DNA of 63,841 nt, counting the filler, from Octopus bimaculoides (lineage: Eukaryota), in the NCBI RefSeq assembly GCF_001194135.2. It is 6 parts of 4 records of this genome, joined end to end, with 100 filler letters (N's around TTAATTAATTAA, not from the genome) between each part and the next. Parts side by side here need not be neighbours in the genome. Positions count along the whole stretch, not along the records: positions 38,960 to 50,692 come from NC_069004.1; positions 50,793 to 58,752 come from NC_068982.1; 4 more parts are not named here. One strand, written 5' to 3'. How positions within the stretch are numbered: position 1 is the stretch's first letter; the number at the start of each line of letters is the position of its first letter. A program made the position numbers and the translations under genes. The notes under the pieces are model-generated. The model ran no database searches, was not told the DNA's origin, and worked only from the letters and a program-made list of their open reading frames with translations. This document shows positions 38,860 to 51,655 of this stretch, one piece after another.

Positions 38860-38959
38860 NNNNNNNNNNNNNNNNNNNNNNNNNNNNNNNNNNNNNNNNN
38901 NNNTTAATTAATTAANNNNNNNNNNNNNNNNNNNNNNNNNNNNNNNNNNNNNNNNNNNN
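38860..38959. other. Synthetic scaffold-join spacer
   Basis: N44-TTAATTAATTAA-N44. Confidence 0.95.
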
Positions 38960-39647
38960 TATATACATATATGTGAGAGAGAGATGAGATAAGATGAAAA
39001 CACACAGAAGATTTGTTTTACAGGATTTAAGAATATATTAGAGCCATGATAATAAAGATCCATAATTTTGTACAAAATATGGTTCTGTTCTTTCAGTATA
39101 ATTGAAGTAAGGACCAGTTTCGCGTTGCTAGTCAAACTGAGAGTTGAAAAAGATAAATTGCTAGAGCCCCAGCCCTAGCACTATATCTATTTTTCAAGAT
39201 ACTTTTCTTCAGTTCGCAATGACTCGATGACGTCTTTTATACAAAGAAAATATTCTTCGTAATTCTGGATTGCACCCTGTCTGAGGGTGGTTCTAAAGTG
39301 TATCGAAAGACTGAAGCACCTGTAATAGGCTCTCTTCGACGAGGATGGAGAGTGGAGCTTTATATAAGGGTGGCTGGGAGCAGAATCGTGTACATATCTG
39401 TGTATATATATCTATATGTTTGTCTGTACAATCACACATATTGTGTGCGCATGTATACAGGCGAATACAAGTGTGCGTGTATGTGCGTGTGTGTGTACGT
39501 GTGGTTGAATGTGTAGGTGATGTGTGTGTGTGCATTTCGGCGTGTGTTAAAATTACACCGAAACATTGCAATTCACGTCAGACACCCCAGAGAGAGTAGT
39601 GAGAGAGAGAGAGAGAGAGAGAGTGACTGAGAGAGAGACAGAGGACG

Positions 39648-39682
<35 letters not shown>

Positions 39683-40984
39683 CTGAGAGAGAGAGAGAGA
39701 AAGAGAACGACTGAGAGAGAGAGAGAGAGAGAGAGTGAGTGAGTNNNNNNNNNNNNNNNNNNNNNNNNNNNNNNNNNNNNNNNNNNNNNNNNNNNNNNNN
39801 NNNNNNNNNNNNNNNNNNNNNNNNNNNNNNNNNNNNNNNNNNNNNNNNNNNNNNNNNNNNNNNNNNNNNNNNNNNNNNNNNNNNNNNNNNNNNNNNNNNN
39901 NNNNNNNNNNNNNNNNNNNNNNNNNNNNNNNNNNNNNNNNNNNNNNNNNNNNNNNNNNNNNNNNNNNNNNNNNNNNNNNNNNNNNNNNNNNNNNNNNNNN
40001 NNNNNNNNNNNNNNNNNNNNNNNNNNNNNNNNNNNNNNNNNNNNNNNNNNNNNNNNNNNNNNNNNNNNNNNNNNNNNNNNNNNNNNNNNNNNNNNNNNNN
40101 NNNNNNNNNNNNNNNNNNNNNNNNNNNNNNNNNNNNNNNNNNNNNNNNNNNNNNNNNNNNNNNNNNNNNNNNNNNNNNNNNNNNNNNNNNNNNNNNNNNN
40201 NNNNNNNNNNNNNNNNNNNNNNNNNNNNNNNNNNNNNNNNNNNNNNNTAAAAAAAAGGAGATAAAACGCAGAAACAAAAGAAGGCGAAAAAAAAACGGAA
40301 GCTTGCAATAATGGTTAAGAATCGGAGTATATCAACCACCTGTTCCTCCCCATTCTTCGATTCTGTTACATAATCATGACGAATATATTTGCTTAGTAAA
40401 TGGACGGTGTGTGTGTGTGTGTGGTGGGGTCGTTGAATGCTGGAATTATAGTGATGAGAGCTGTTCAACAGATTTTGAAATCATGTTGAAATTTATATTA
40501 GTTTAATCCGTTCAGGGTTTGATAAATCGTATTAATTTTATCTTTTTTTTTTTCGTTTTTGGAATAACTTTATGCAGTTGTTTTTATTGCTTATTTTGTT
40601 TTTTGGATTTTTCTGTATATTTCTTGTTCTTTTTTTTATTATCTTCTTTGAGTACGAGACTGTGGTGTGAATTTAATCTTTGTGAAAATAAGCTGTTTAA
40701 TCAGTGATGGTCAAATATACGCATGCGTCAAACTAGACATCGTTGATCAGACTTTTAACGAATTCAATGATTTCCCTCTCCCCCGCATTAATAATAATAC
40801 TAATAATAATAATAATGATAATATCTCAATCATTAATAACAAACACAGAGAATGGATGTTTCTTTGCATCTGTCTGTCTGTTTGTCGCTAGCTGTCTAAT
40901 ATATGTTTGTTCGTCTGCCTATGTATGTACATCACTCCCGCATCCAACTCATTTATACTAGCTCCTACCCCTCATCTTTGATAT

Positions 40985-41740
40985 CATCATCACCATCATC
41001 ACCAGTCATCAACTTCATCATCATCGTCAGGTTATCGTCTGCTCTCGCTTGCTTCAATACCACGAATGGCAACCTTGATATTTCTGGTTCCATTCTTGTA
41101 CATTCCTTTCATATTTTTAAAGTCTGTCCAATTCTTCACATTATCCATTCACCCAATTCTCGGTCCCCTCCTCCTATTCATTTTATTTTTCCTTTAACAG
41201 ACCCATTAAGCTATTTTTCCCTAATTAAGTGTCCAAAATATTTTAATTTTCTCTCTTTGATGATCTCAAATAAAAGTTTCTTAATTTTTACCATTTTTAG
41301 TTGTTCATCATTGGTTTTCATTTCTGTCCATGATATTCTCAAAAGTCTTCTAAAAGTCTCCAGCGCAAAGCTTTTCTAACAGATTCAATAATTGATAATA
41401 TTTTGGTTAATGTCCATATTTCGGTTCCACATATCAATAATTCCAACATATAGCAGACCTTGTATAACATTTCAATAATTCTTCTTTCTTCTTTTTTTTT
41501 TTTTGGCTTCATTATTAATATTTTTTTGATGTTAGAATGGTCGACGTTTTCTCAACTGACCTCCTTCCATCTGACTCAAATCTTTCGATTTCGGTTTCCC
41601 ATTTACCGTATTCTGATTGCATCTATCTTTGATGTTAGTAGAAAAATTGCCGCACCTGTCTCTTCTATCTGGTATTTTGCCATTCCTAATGTCTGTACTA
41701 CTTATATGATTCTGTCATGTGACAGAATTTGGGTATAAGT
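40985..41740 (-). mobile_element. RTE-clade LINE 3' fragment with a (GAT)n-like tail
   Basis: Reverse translation RRLLRISWTEMKTNDEQL...ERKLKYFGHLIREK, with ETWT-like and IGMAK-like remnants upstream. Confidence 0.8.
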
Positions 41741-41869
41741 GTACTTCTGTACGTATTGGGTCTCGGTGTGTGTAAACGCGTGTGCTTGGGTATTTGTATT
41801 CGACGCAAGTTTCATAATAATCATTGACTGAAGTCTAGATTCACCCATGATATTAATTGTGTGTGTGTG

Positions 41870-41904
<35 letters not shown>

Positions 41905-42089
41905 AGCCTAGACAAGTACGATATAGCGCCAGTACAGCATAGCACCAATGCAGCATAGCGCCAGGGCCTTCCATCTTACACTACTATTAAAAATCATTAA
42001 ATTATGAAACCGGTTAAGTAACTGCAACATTTTTTTTTTATAAAGACCCCCAAGTGCGAATTCAATATTTCCTTCGTCTTTTACACTTT

Positions 42090-42249
42090 TACTCGCTTCA
42101 GTGATGGAAATGCGACCATGGTCCAATGATTTACTTAATGAAATCAACCTTAGTACTTATTATATTTAAGTCTGGTGTTTGTCTTATCGGTTTCTTTTAC
42201 TGAACCACTCAGTTTCCGTGTTGTAAACAAACCAACATTTGATTGTCAA

Positions 42250-42283
<34 letters not shown>

Positions 42284-42325
42284 CTGGCTTCCACACAGTT
42301 TCCGTCCACTAAATTCACTCTAAAG
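42090..42325 (-). mobile_element. SINE family 2, degenerate
   Basis: cttatcggtttcttttactgaacc...gtaaacaaaccaac...(ca)n...cagtttccgtccactaaattcact. Confidence 0.65.
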
Positions 42326-42519
42326 GAAGTGATCTCAATAAAACAGAACAAAACCGTATGAGAGTAAATTCGGCCCTAGGTATTCCGAATCAAGTCTGAC
42401 CAAGGGCGAAACAACAACAACAAATAGAATGACGAATAACTAATTAAGTTGAATAAATAATTAAATAAAATAAAAAAAAAACACAAAGCACAAAGAAGGG
42501 AGAATTGAACCCTGTCGTC

Positions 42520-42850
42520 CGAAACTAGTTGACGAAGGGAGTGGAGTGGATGTTAATAGATGACGTCAATGTAAACGTCACGAAACTAAGCGGAATGTCA
42601 CGAAAACAACCGGAAAAGCTAACATCTCGCCCTATGACGTTTTCTACTCCACCTCTCACCTTCTGTCTTTCTATTCATTCAACGACCCTTCTATCCGTCT
42701 ATCTTACTGTTAATCCTGTTCTATTTTGCGGGAAGCATACATGCAACAGCAGCAGCTAGAGGAGGAGGGGAGGAGGAGTAGAAGAACAAGGGGGTGGAGC
42801 CGTAGTGGTAAAAGATTAAACGTGAACAGCATCGGTGAAGATGGCGCACA
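42520..42850. promoter_or_regulatory. Candidate promoter or enhancer (CRE, ETS and YY1 motif cluster)
   Basis: TGACGTCA at 42561-42568; half-CREs at ~42575 and ~42635; CGGAA at ~42591 and ~42611; AAGATGGCG at 42838-42846. Motif presence only. Confidence 0.3.
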
Positions 42851-43411
42851 CTAATGACAGTTGTCGTTGCCCAATATAAAGCTGGTATTAGTCTTATAAT
42901 ATATCCTTTCCAATTCCAAAGAAATCTCTACATTCAACCTGCTGGAAGGACATCCCCACCACGCGCACACACACATATACACACGTAGGAGAAGACGGAA
43001 ACACATTACAATATATATATTCCAACGTGGCGATCTAAATTTTTTCGTATAAGCCAAATGCCAACGGTTGACGTTGTTGGGTTCAGTCGATCGAATTAAA
43101 TAAACATTTCACTTAAAAATATGAAACAGTCCTTCTTTTCTTCCCAGCCACCGCCGTACACACATACACACACATAAATTTATGCATGCATGAGGGGGGG
43201 GGTAGGAGAAACAACTAAATTCCACATAAATCTTCAAGAAGTAACCAATGCTAAACTGATGCTGGTGTGTGCTTTCACCAAAGTTCTTCGAATACTTTAC
43301 TCAAACATTCCTTTCTCCAAGGACAAAATTCTATCGAGCTGTAATTGGATTTTTACACTCTTTGACTAAGTCATTTCTGGTCGTTTAGGAATCCCCCTCT
43401 CTCTCACACAC

Positions 43412-43455
<44 letters not shown>

Positions 43456-44982
43456 TATCTACCTCTCTATCTCATATAATCTATTTCTCTATCGATTTTC
43501 TCTTTTCCCTTGCATCTTATCACGTGTGTGTATGTATGTATGTATGTATATATNNNNNNNNNNNNNNNNNNNNNNNNNNNNNNNNNNNNNNNNNNNNNNN
43601 NNNNNNNNNNNNNNNNNNNNNNNNNNNNNNNNNNNNNNNNNNNNNNNNNNNNNNNNNNNNNNNNNNNNNNNNNNNNNNNNNNNNNNNNNNNNNNNNNNNN
43701 NNNNNNNNNNNTATATATATATATATATATATATTCTCTTGCACAGAAAGAAGCACTTATCATGTGACCTTATTGAAAATATAACATATTGAGTAGAAAG
43801 TTTTATTTATTTATTTCATTATCTCTCTCTCCATGCTATGATACTTTTCGCCTGCGTGTGAGTTTCGGTTGTTTGACTCCATCTTCTGTTAGTTGAATAG
43901 AGTTGCAAATGACTATGTGTGTGTGTGTGTGTGTTTGTATTTATATAGAGTTGTACTTAGGTGTTTTAACAAAGATATATTTACTCGAACTGTAAAATTT
44001 GTAGTTTATGGTTACGAAATAAGGCTTTTACTTGTTAGGAATAAAGTTTCACCACTAGTTTCACTCAGTGTTGTATTGTTTGATTAGAATCAATCTTTGA
44101 GAGGGTCTTTTTTTAAATATATATATTTAATTTCCTGTTTCTTTCTATATCTACCTGTTCATTTACCAACCTGTCTATCTATTATTCATTTACCATTACA
44201 TATGTTCCATTTGATTCTATGTTTGAATAACATCTAATAGGAAATTTACATTTTTATCTGACATATACAATATCGTAATGAAACGTGTAATGGTGAATAA
44301 ATAATGCCAAAAGAAATGTTTTCCCCATTTCCTGTTTTGATATGTAATACCTCTGCAAGCAATATTTCCAGAATTTTTAACGCTAGTAGGTACCTCACAA
44401 AAATATAATATCTACGTACGGATTTAGAATACTGGAATATACAAATGTGCGTCAAGAGGATACAGCCTGAAGCACATTTTAACTCTACCTACATAATATC
44501 TACTTGGTATATATAGCTAGATACATATTCATACATGAATATGTATGCAGGTATGTCTATGCTGCCCTGATTTTAGTTTTCGAATATGTAAGTATAAATG
44601 TCTTTTATACATAACCTGTGAGAAGAATTCTCTACTGGGAATACTTCCACAGCAAAAAACTTCTGTCCAAATGTACACGATCGTCTTGAATATGATTGTA
44701 TCCGTTTTTTATTTTATTCGACGCTGCTTCGTACGTCTCTGTCTCTCATTTTATATCTGTGTGTGTGTGTGTGTGTGTTTTCAGGCAGGAGAATAAAAAA
44801 AGGATGAAAGAATGTAGCACACGTCTCACATTTAGTTTTAAATATTTCATAACGAATTAGCTCCTTTCGACATTACTCGAAGTTTCGCAGGTGCAGATTC
44901 CTACAACTTCAGCCCGACGTCTACGAAACTAATAAATATAGAACTAAATAAATTTCTTAGTAAATATATGTGTGGGCTGTAA

Positions 44983-45064
<82 letters not shown>

Positions 45065-46904
45065 GTTCAATGTTTTAGGGTTAACCAGAAATATTCCACG
45101 TCTCCTGAACAATGAGCATCACTCGGAATTACAATTTCTGCTATCACCGATAGACAGAGAATGGCCAAAAATCTTCATAGCAAGTGCCAGCAAAGCAGAG
45201 ACCACAATTCCACAATTCAGCAGACTAATGGCGTTCTTTCACATTCCTTATTTTTAGCAACAACAGATAACATGCTCAGGTTTAAAAGTGTAACAGAACA
45301 AAAAGAAAAGATTAAAAAGAAAAAAAATATTGACAAAAGATGAAAATAGCAAAAAAGATAAGAAGTCAGTTTAGAAAGAAATGTCGGCCTATATATAGGC
45401 AAAAACTACTACTACTACTACTACTACTAAACCGATATATTTTTTTATTGCTCTGGCATGTCACCTTTGTTTAAAAAACGCCCTCTCTCTTTCAGGCCAT
45501 TACCAAATATCTTTTAGATACAACCTTCAACGTAACTTGAAAGAATATCTGAATATTTGATAACAAGAACCCACTTCTATGGAGGAAAGTTCGATATATG
45601 CGCTTGTGTGTGTGTGTGGTTTTTTTTTTTTTTCCTTTCTTTTGCAGGTCCTAATGTAGAGAACTTTTCGCCACTTGTAGTTTATGCTTCTGAATACCAC
45701 TAAATATATGTACACAAACACACGCACACATGTATGTATATAAGTATATATGGATGTATGTATTTATGTATGTAGGCATCATGAAAGACAGATGCACACA
45801 TATGCGCATGCACATGAATGCACTTATGTATACGGAATTGTGTGTGTTACACACACACACACACACACACATATATACACTATTTTCAAGTTGTTATTGA
45901 TGTTCGCTTTATCGTTCATGTTCTTGTAGTCGCTGCTGCTGCTGCTGGTATTGCAGTCGTTTTATTCCCCCTCTTCCTCCTCCTCTTTTCTCCTTAATCT
46001 TCCCCTTCTCTTTCCTGCTTCCCACCACCCATCACACACACCCTCTTACCCACATATTCATACAGTTTTTAGTACTTTAATCTTTTTAGCAATTTCTTCA
46101 CAAAAGAATGCTTTCCCATAATTCCACAATGTCACAACAATTCCACAAATGGCACGATTCGCTGAGGCAACGAAGACACGCCTGCCTCCGTGTACAATTG
46201 CCCCTTACACACATGCTCATCCCCTAATTTTTAAACTTTTCTTTCTGCACACCATACTTCACCGTAAAGAACCATAAACCTCGCTCCATATAAACGTGTA
46301 AATTTTTAGATATTTTTTAGGGTGAGGGGATTATATGTGGTCTCCAAATTGTTTTAATGGAGAGTCGCTTAGGCTGTTATAGTTTGGGGGGGGGGTGATG
46401 GTAATGGTGGTAGTGGTGGTATTCAGGTGTTAAAGATGATGATGATGATGTCGCTGGTGGCGTTGGGAGTACTAATGCTATTGTGATTTGTGGTGGTGGT
46501 CACTATTGCTTCTTTGCTGTTGTTGTTAGCGGTGTTGGTAATTTTGGTATTATGCGTTGGTGGTGTTCGGGTGTTGGAGATTGTAGTGGTGGCCACGTTT
46601 GAGGTGGTGTAGGGGTGCTGATGATGGTGATGATTTTTGTAGTGATGGTGGTAATTGTCAAGCTGTGTTGCCGTGGTGATGGGTTGATGTGGTGTTGGTA
46701 ATGACACAGATGCAAAGAAGATGATACCTGCCTCTCTGCAGGTATTAAAACACGTCAACCAACCACCCAGCCAGCCAGCCAGCCAACTACTCATATTCCG
46801 CACTAACGAACCGAAGAAATTAAAGAATTGCAAATAGACTACAAGACGTTTCTTTAAAAAAGAAGAGAAAGGCGTGTGATGGGTGGAAGGAAAATCTGTC
46901 AACA

Positions 46905-46941
<37 letters not shown>

Positions 46942-47064
46942 GCGGTGAGCAGGCAGGACAGATAGTACGTTGGACAAAATGCTTAATGGCATTTCGTTCG
47001 TCTGTACGTTCGGAGTTCAGTTTCCACCGAGGGTCGTCTATGCATTTCATCATTTCGGGGTCGT
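46942..47064 (+). mobile_element. SINE family 1, degenerate 5' part
   Basis: gcggtgagcaggcag...ggacaaaatgctt...gttcggagttcag. Confidence 0.75.
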
Positions 47065-48116
47065 CCTGTTGAGTTCCTCTCCAGCGCTTTTATCCAAATC
47101 CTGCGAAAATTAAGACGCAAAGTTCTTGGAAACACGAACAGATACCGAATTTTTCGTTACGGTAGCAGGGTCTAAAACACCTATACGACAAGGAAATCTC
47201 ATCACTTGCATAGTTTCATTGTTGATTGGGGTGGGGGGGGGTCGCTGAGAATGTAGGGGTCCCGGGTGGAATTGCGATTGATGGGACGATCAGGCAAATG
47301 CAGCTTTCCTTTCTGATGCCCCTTAAGAATTGTCATTTGGTGTGTAACGGCTGGCACCATGATGGTCTGTAAAAAGGGACTAATATTTGTTAAGATTATC
47401 ACAAACATGTGTAATATTTAATTAACGACTCGCTGAAACGAAGGAGTTTTCCGCTATAGTCACGATCGAAGAAGAGAGCATTTTGCGTGTGTATGCACGG
47501 GAATATATACACAGGGTATATATACACATACGTACACGCATCCACACACGAATATATACACAGACGTGTGTGAGTGTGTTTGTTAACAGGGAAAGAGAGA
47601 GACTTTGATAGATGTTCAATCACGGATTCGTGTTAATAGGTGTTGCAACACAACTATTGCAAAGAGAGTTTGTACTGAAACAAGAAAATATATCAACAGC
47701 CACCGCCACCACCACCACCACCACTCTTCGTACTCTTACTGTTACTCCCCCTTCCCCTCCTCCCACTACTACTACTTCTTGTTCGACAACCGTCTTGCCA
47801 TATCTACCAACACCACCAACAGACATCACAGCTAATATGTTATTCGTTGCTTATCTCGACCTTACGGGTGAAGGGTTTTTCAAGATATATTGACCAACTC
47901 TGCAATACACTTGATGCTCTCACATCAAATAATGTTAAATGTTAGGTTTGTACGATCAACAACCCCCCCTCTCTCTCTCTCTCTATTTACCTATCTAAAT
48001 CTCCCTAACTTTCTCCCTTTTTCTTTAATATTGTTTCTTTCTAATGGATGATGTAGTGTTTCTTCCGTTTACCCTCACTCTCACACCTTCGTCTTCTCTC
48101 TCATATTATATATATA

Positions 48117-48156
<40 letters not shown>

Positions 48157-48889
48157 TGTGTGTGTGTGTGCATATATATATGCATATATGTATGTGTAAT
48201 TATATATATATATAAATATATATATGTATAAACAATATGTGTGTATTTATATAAATATATATGTATGTTTATAGTATAACTATATATACATTTGTATTTA
48301 TATAAATATATATATATACATATATATATGTACATAAGTATAACTATATATGTATATGTACGTATATATATGTGTGTGTGTGTGTGTGAGAGAGAGAGAG
48401 TGTGTGTGTGTATATACGATGTATGTGTGCATGAGTGTGAGCGGGTGTTTTCAATGATGAGAAGGTGAAGTTGTGTTAGTTCCATCTGAGTTACATCCCT
48501 TAGGAGATCGTGTTAAACTACTACACAATGTGGTGGTGGTGGGGGGGGGACTAGATGAGGTCAACTGCGAAAAAAACACTGGAAGGCGTTGGCACTGGAA
48601 TGACCGAAGACCAACGACAAAATCCACCCATCCCCCGTCTCCCCCACACATACATACACAGGACATCCAATAACAGTTCACATTTTAAGGAATGCAGTCT
48701 CCTTCCAGTTATGGTAAAATTCATTTCTCACAGACATGTATGTATGGAATCGCATACACCTACATACACATGTATACCTGTATACCTACTGGCATACGTA
48801 TACACGTACATGCCATAATTACATACCGTTATGCAGGTGTATGGAATCACACAGATAAATACATATTCATACATAGATACACGCCACAT

Positions 48890-48920
<31 letters not shown>

Positions 48921-48924
48921 GGAG

Positions 48925-49112
48925 AGAATATACAAAAAATAACAACAGACGAGGACAGGTGGTGTAAATAACAAAAGTATATATTAGTATGACGCTCGGG
49001 AATACGGAAAGTCTTTGACGTTTCGAGCTACGCTCTTCAACAGAAAGAATACGGAGACAAGGAGAAAAACACGGAGAAAAAAAATGAATAGTGTTCAGTC
49101 AACGGTCAATCA
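48925..49112 (-). mobile_element. Short PLE pLTR-like fragment between microsatellites
   Basis: Contains the hammerhead described below; (TA)/(CA) repeats on both sides. Confidence 0.55.
49012..49048 (-). ncRNA. Minimal type I hammerhead ribozyme, core variant
   Basis: RNA: UCUUU CUGUUGA A GAGC GUA GCUC GAAA C GUC^AAAGA. Stem I has 5 bp, stem II has 4 bp, stem III is palindromic ACGU. The core has U instead of A6. Confidence 0.65.
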
Positions 49113-49809
49113 TACACACACACATCTATAGACACACACACATATAATATAGATTCACACACATATATACATATAGACTCACACACGCAAGCATTTATAT
49201 ATAGACGCATACACATACAAAGAAACACACACAATATTTATATATATATATATATATACATATATACACATATATACACACATGCACACACACATGTATC
49301 ACATGTATACATACACATGTAGGCTACACGTATATACATCAAAATCGATTCCCCTTGAGTGTATTTTGAGATTATTGTTCTGATTTGTAATTCCCGATTG
49401 AAATTCTAAGAAAATTTTAGACTATATACGTAAGACTGAAGACGATTTAAGAAGATTTAAACGGAATTAAGACGAATTAAGACCCAGAAATTGTTGAATT
49501 TTAAATGACTCTATTAATTCCAAGACACGGTAAAAATTGTACGTCTGCGACTTGCATAATTTCAATTGCCGTTTGGATAATTTAATCTAGCATTTCGGAT
49601 TTTATTCTTCGTTCTTAAGTCTTCTGCTCAGTTTCGGACTAAAAGTAATCCTCAAAACGCTAATTTCTACAAATCTGATGACGTTTGAGATTATTCATTT
49701 TTCATTTGCTTTATTCCAAATTTTGAAATAATTCCGTTTCCATTTTCCCATAATACTCTTGCCTTTGGAACTCAAGTTCATTTTCCTTTGAGCAATCTTT
49801 CCCAACCTT

Positions 49810-49880
49810 TCTTCACATCCGGTTTTCATTATATTTTTATTGGTCCAATGTAGAATTAATTATTGACGTAACTTCCGCTA
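49810..49880. promoter_or_regulatory. Candidate housekeeping-type promoter (ETS, CCAAT dyad, ETS-CRE composite)
   Basis: catccgg at ~49816; attggtccaat at 49839-49849; tgacgtaacttccgc at 49864-49878 (reverse strand CGGAAGTTACGTCA). Motif presence only. Confidence 0.35.
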
Positions 49881-50692
49881 AAGTGTTTCTTCGGTTTGGT
49901 AACTCTGGTGATGTCCATCTCACCAGATTATGAAGGATCAGTATTGGCCCTCAAACCACGCATCCAATTTTGGTAGGTTCTATGTTGTTTGTTTTTAACT
50001 TGTAGGACTTCCACTCACTCTCCACTCGGGGTAAGCCCAACAGGGGTCAGGTTTTATAACCAATCACCGGACACTGGTCAGACAGTACTAAAGTATACAC
50101 TTGCATATTCGTCCCATCCAAGGATGCTGGAATTGGTTCCGACCAGAAATAAACATATTCAAATACATTTCTCTCCGTCATATTGTAATCTCATTTTCAA
50201 ATGGTTCCGTCAGTTAATAACTCCCCAAATATCTATTATAACTAACGAGACCCTATTTCTGTCGGGTTGTGTATATAACAACGTTTCGAAATGCTAAAGC
50301 CGTATCGAGTTTTTGGTTTCGATCCATGGTTAAAGTTGCTAAAAGGCGTAACGCTCAGACTTGTCTCATTATCTTAAATATATTGATCATGTTCATTGAT
50401 TACGTTCTCTACTTAACGCTGGTTAAGGCCTAACAACCGAATACATATCATGACAATCAGAATATCATCAGAGATAATGTCTTTTCTCTTAAGTTTTCAA
50501 TTAATTTCGTTTTTGGATTTGGTTTGCAAGATTCTTTATATGAGTTGGTGTGTTGAAGCATATTCTGTTGTGTCTGGGGAGAGTCATTCTCTTTTGGTGC
50601 CTTACAATTTAACAGACTCACCGGTAAAATTTCCACTTATTTTTATTTTCCTAGGAAAATAAAAAATTTAAAAAAAATAAAAATAAAAATAA

Positions 50693-50792
50693 NNNNNNNN
50701 NNNNNNNNNNNNNNNNNNNNNNNNNNNNNNNNNNNNTTAATTAATTAANNNNNNNNNNNNNNNNNNNNNNNNNNNNNNNNNNNNNNNNNNNN
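50693..50792. other. Synthetic scaffold-join spacer
   Basis: N44-TTAATTAATTAA-N44. Confidence 0.95.
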
Positions 50793-50858
<66 letters not shown>

Positions 50859-50880
50859 CATCATCATCATTATTATTATT

Positions 50881-51230
50881 AGCTCCGCCTTAGCGAAGTC
50901 GGAGGTATTGTTTTCAATCGTGTTTGTTTGTTTGTCTGTAGACAAGATATCTCAAGAACCGCTGGATGGATTCGGATGAAACTTTCAGAGATGTTTGGCC
51001 TCGTGGCTATCACGAACTGATTAGATTTTGGGATCGATCTGGTGCCGGAAAAGGATTCTGTATTATTTTTACTTAATTTTTGAGAGCGGTCGGATTCATA
51101 TTTAGTATTCTCGTTTGTGGAAGCAATCGAGTTTATTTCAAATACTCTCATTTAAAAAATCATTTCTGGCTAATCGTTGAGAGGACGTTGATGTTGCCTT
51201 GGCGAAGGTTTGCGGTCTCTGATTACTCTT
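50881..51230 (+). mobile_element. Helentron-associated non-autonomous element (HINE/DINE-1-like)
   Basis: 5' ctccgccttagcgaagtcggagg palindrome; (GTTT/GTCT)n microsatellite; gatatctcaagaaccgctggatggattcggatgaaactt; 3' ccttggcgaagg subterminal repeat. Sits inside an (ATT)n array. Confidence 0.75.
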
Positions 51231-51262
51231 ATTATTATTATTATGATTATTACTATTATTAC

Positions 51263-51313
<51 letters not shown>

Positions 51314-51559
51314 CTTCTCTCAATTTTGTTTCCATTTCTTGCCGTGTGTCTTCCCAACACCTGGAGCAAAGAAACTCACTGTATATTTTGGTAGGCCCTT
51401 AAAATAAACACACCAGATTGTTCATTAACGAGTCATGTGATAGAAAAAAAGAAGAAAAAACAGAAAAAAGAAAAAAGGGAAAATGGAAAATGGAAAATGG
51501 AAAAAGAAAACAAAAAATAAAAAGAGAAAAAAGGAAATTAAATTCTCAGTAACAATGCT

Positions 51560-51655
51560 CTTCTCAATGAGTTCGATGTAATCGACTTAATCCCTTCCCC
51601 CAAATTTTAGGCCTTGTGCCTGCAGTAGAAAGGATTGTTATTATCATTATTATCA
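51560..51655 (+). mobile_element. SINE family 1, 3' part with (ATT)-type tail
   Basis: tcgatgtaatcgacttaatcccttccccc...gccttgtgcc...gaaaggattgttattatcattattatc. Confidence 0.75.

Noticed and set aside
40903-41379. 158-aa plus-strand ORF
   Set aside because: Antisense shadow of the RTE fragment.
46423-46992. 189-aa Thr/His-rich ORF
   Set aside because: Built from (CA)n and decayed (CAC/CAA) repeats; no recognisable homology.
47210-47372. Possible minus-strand exon (ccctttttacag acceptor, open frame)
   Set aside because: Weak donor and no recognisable protein similarity; cannot be supported.
48452-48492. ATGATGA...CTGA C/D snoRNA-like boxes
   Set aside because: Too short and lacks a terminal stem.
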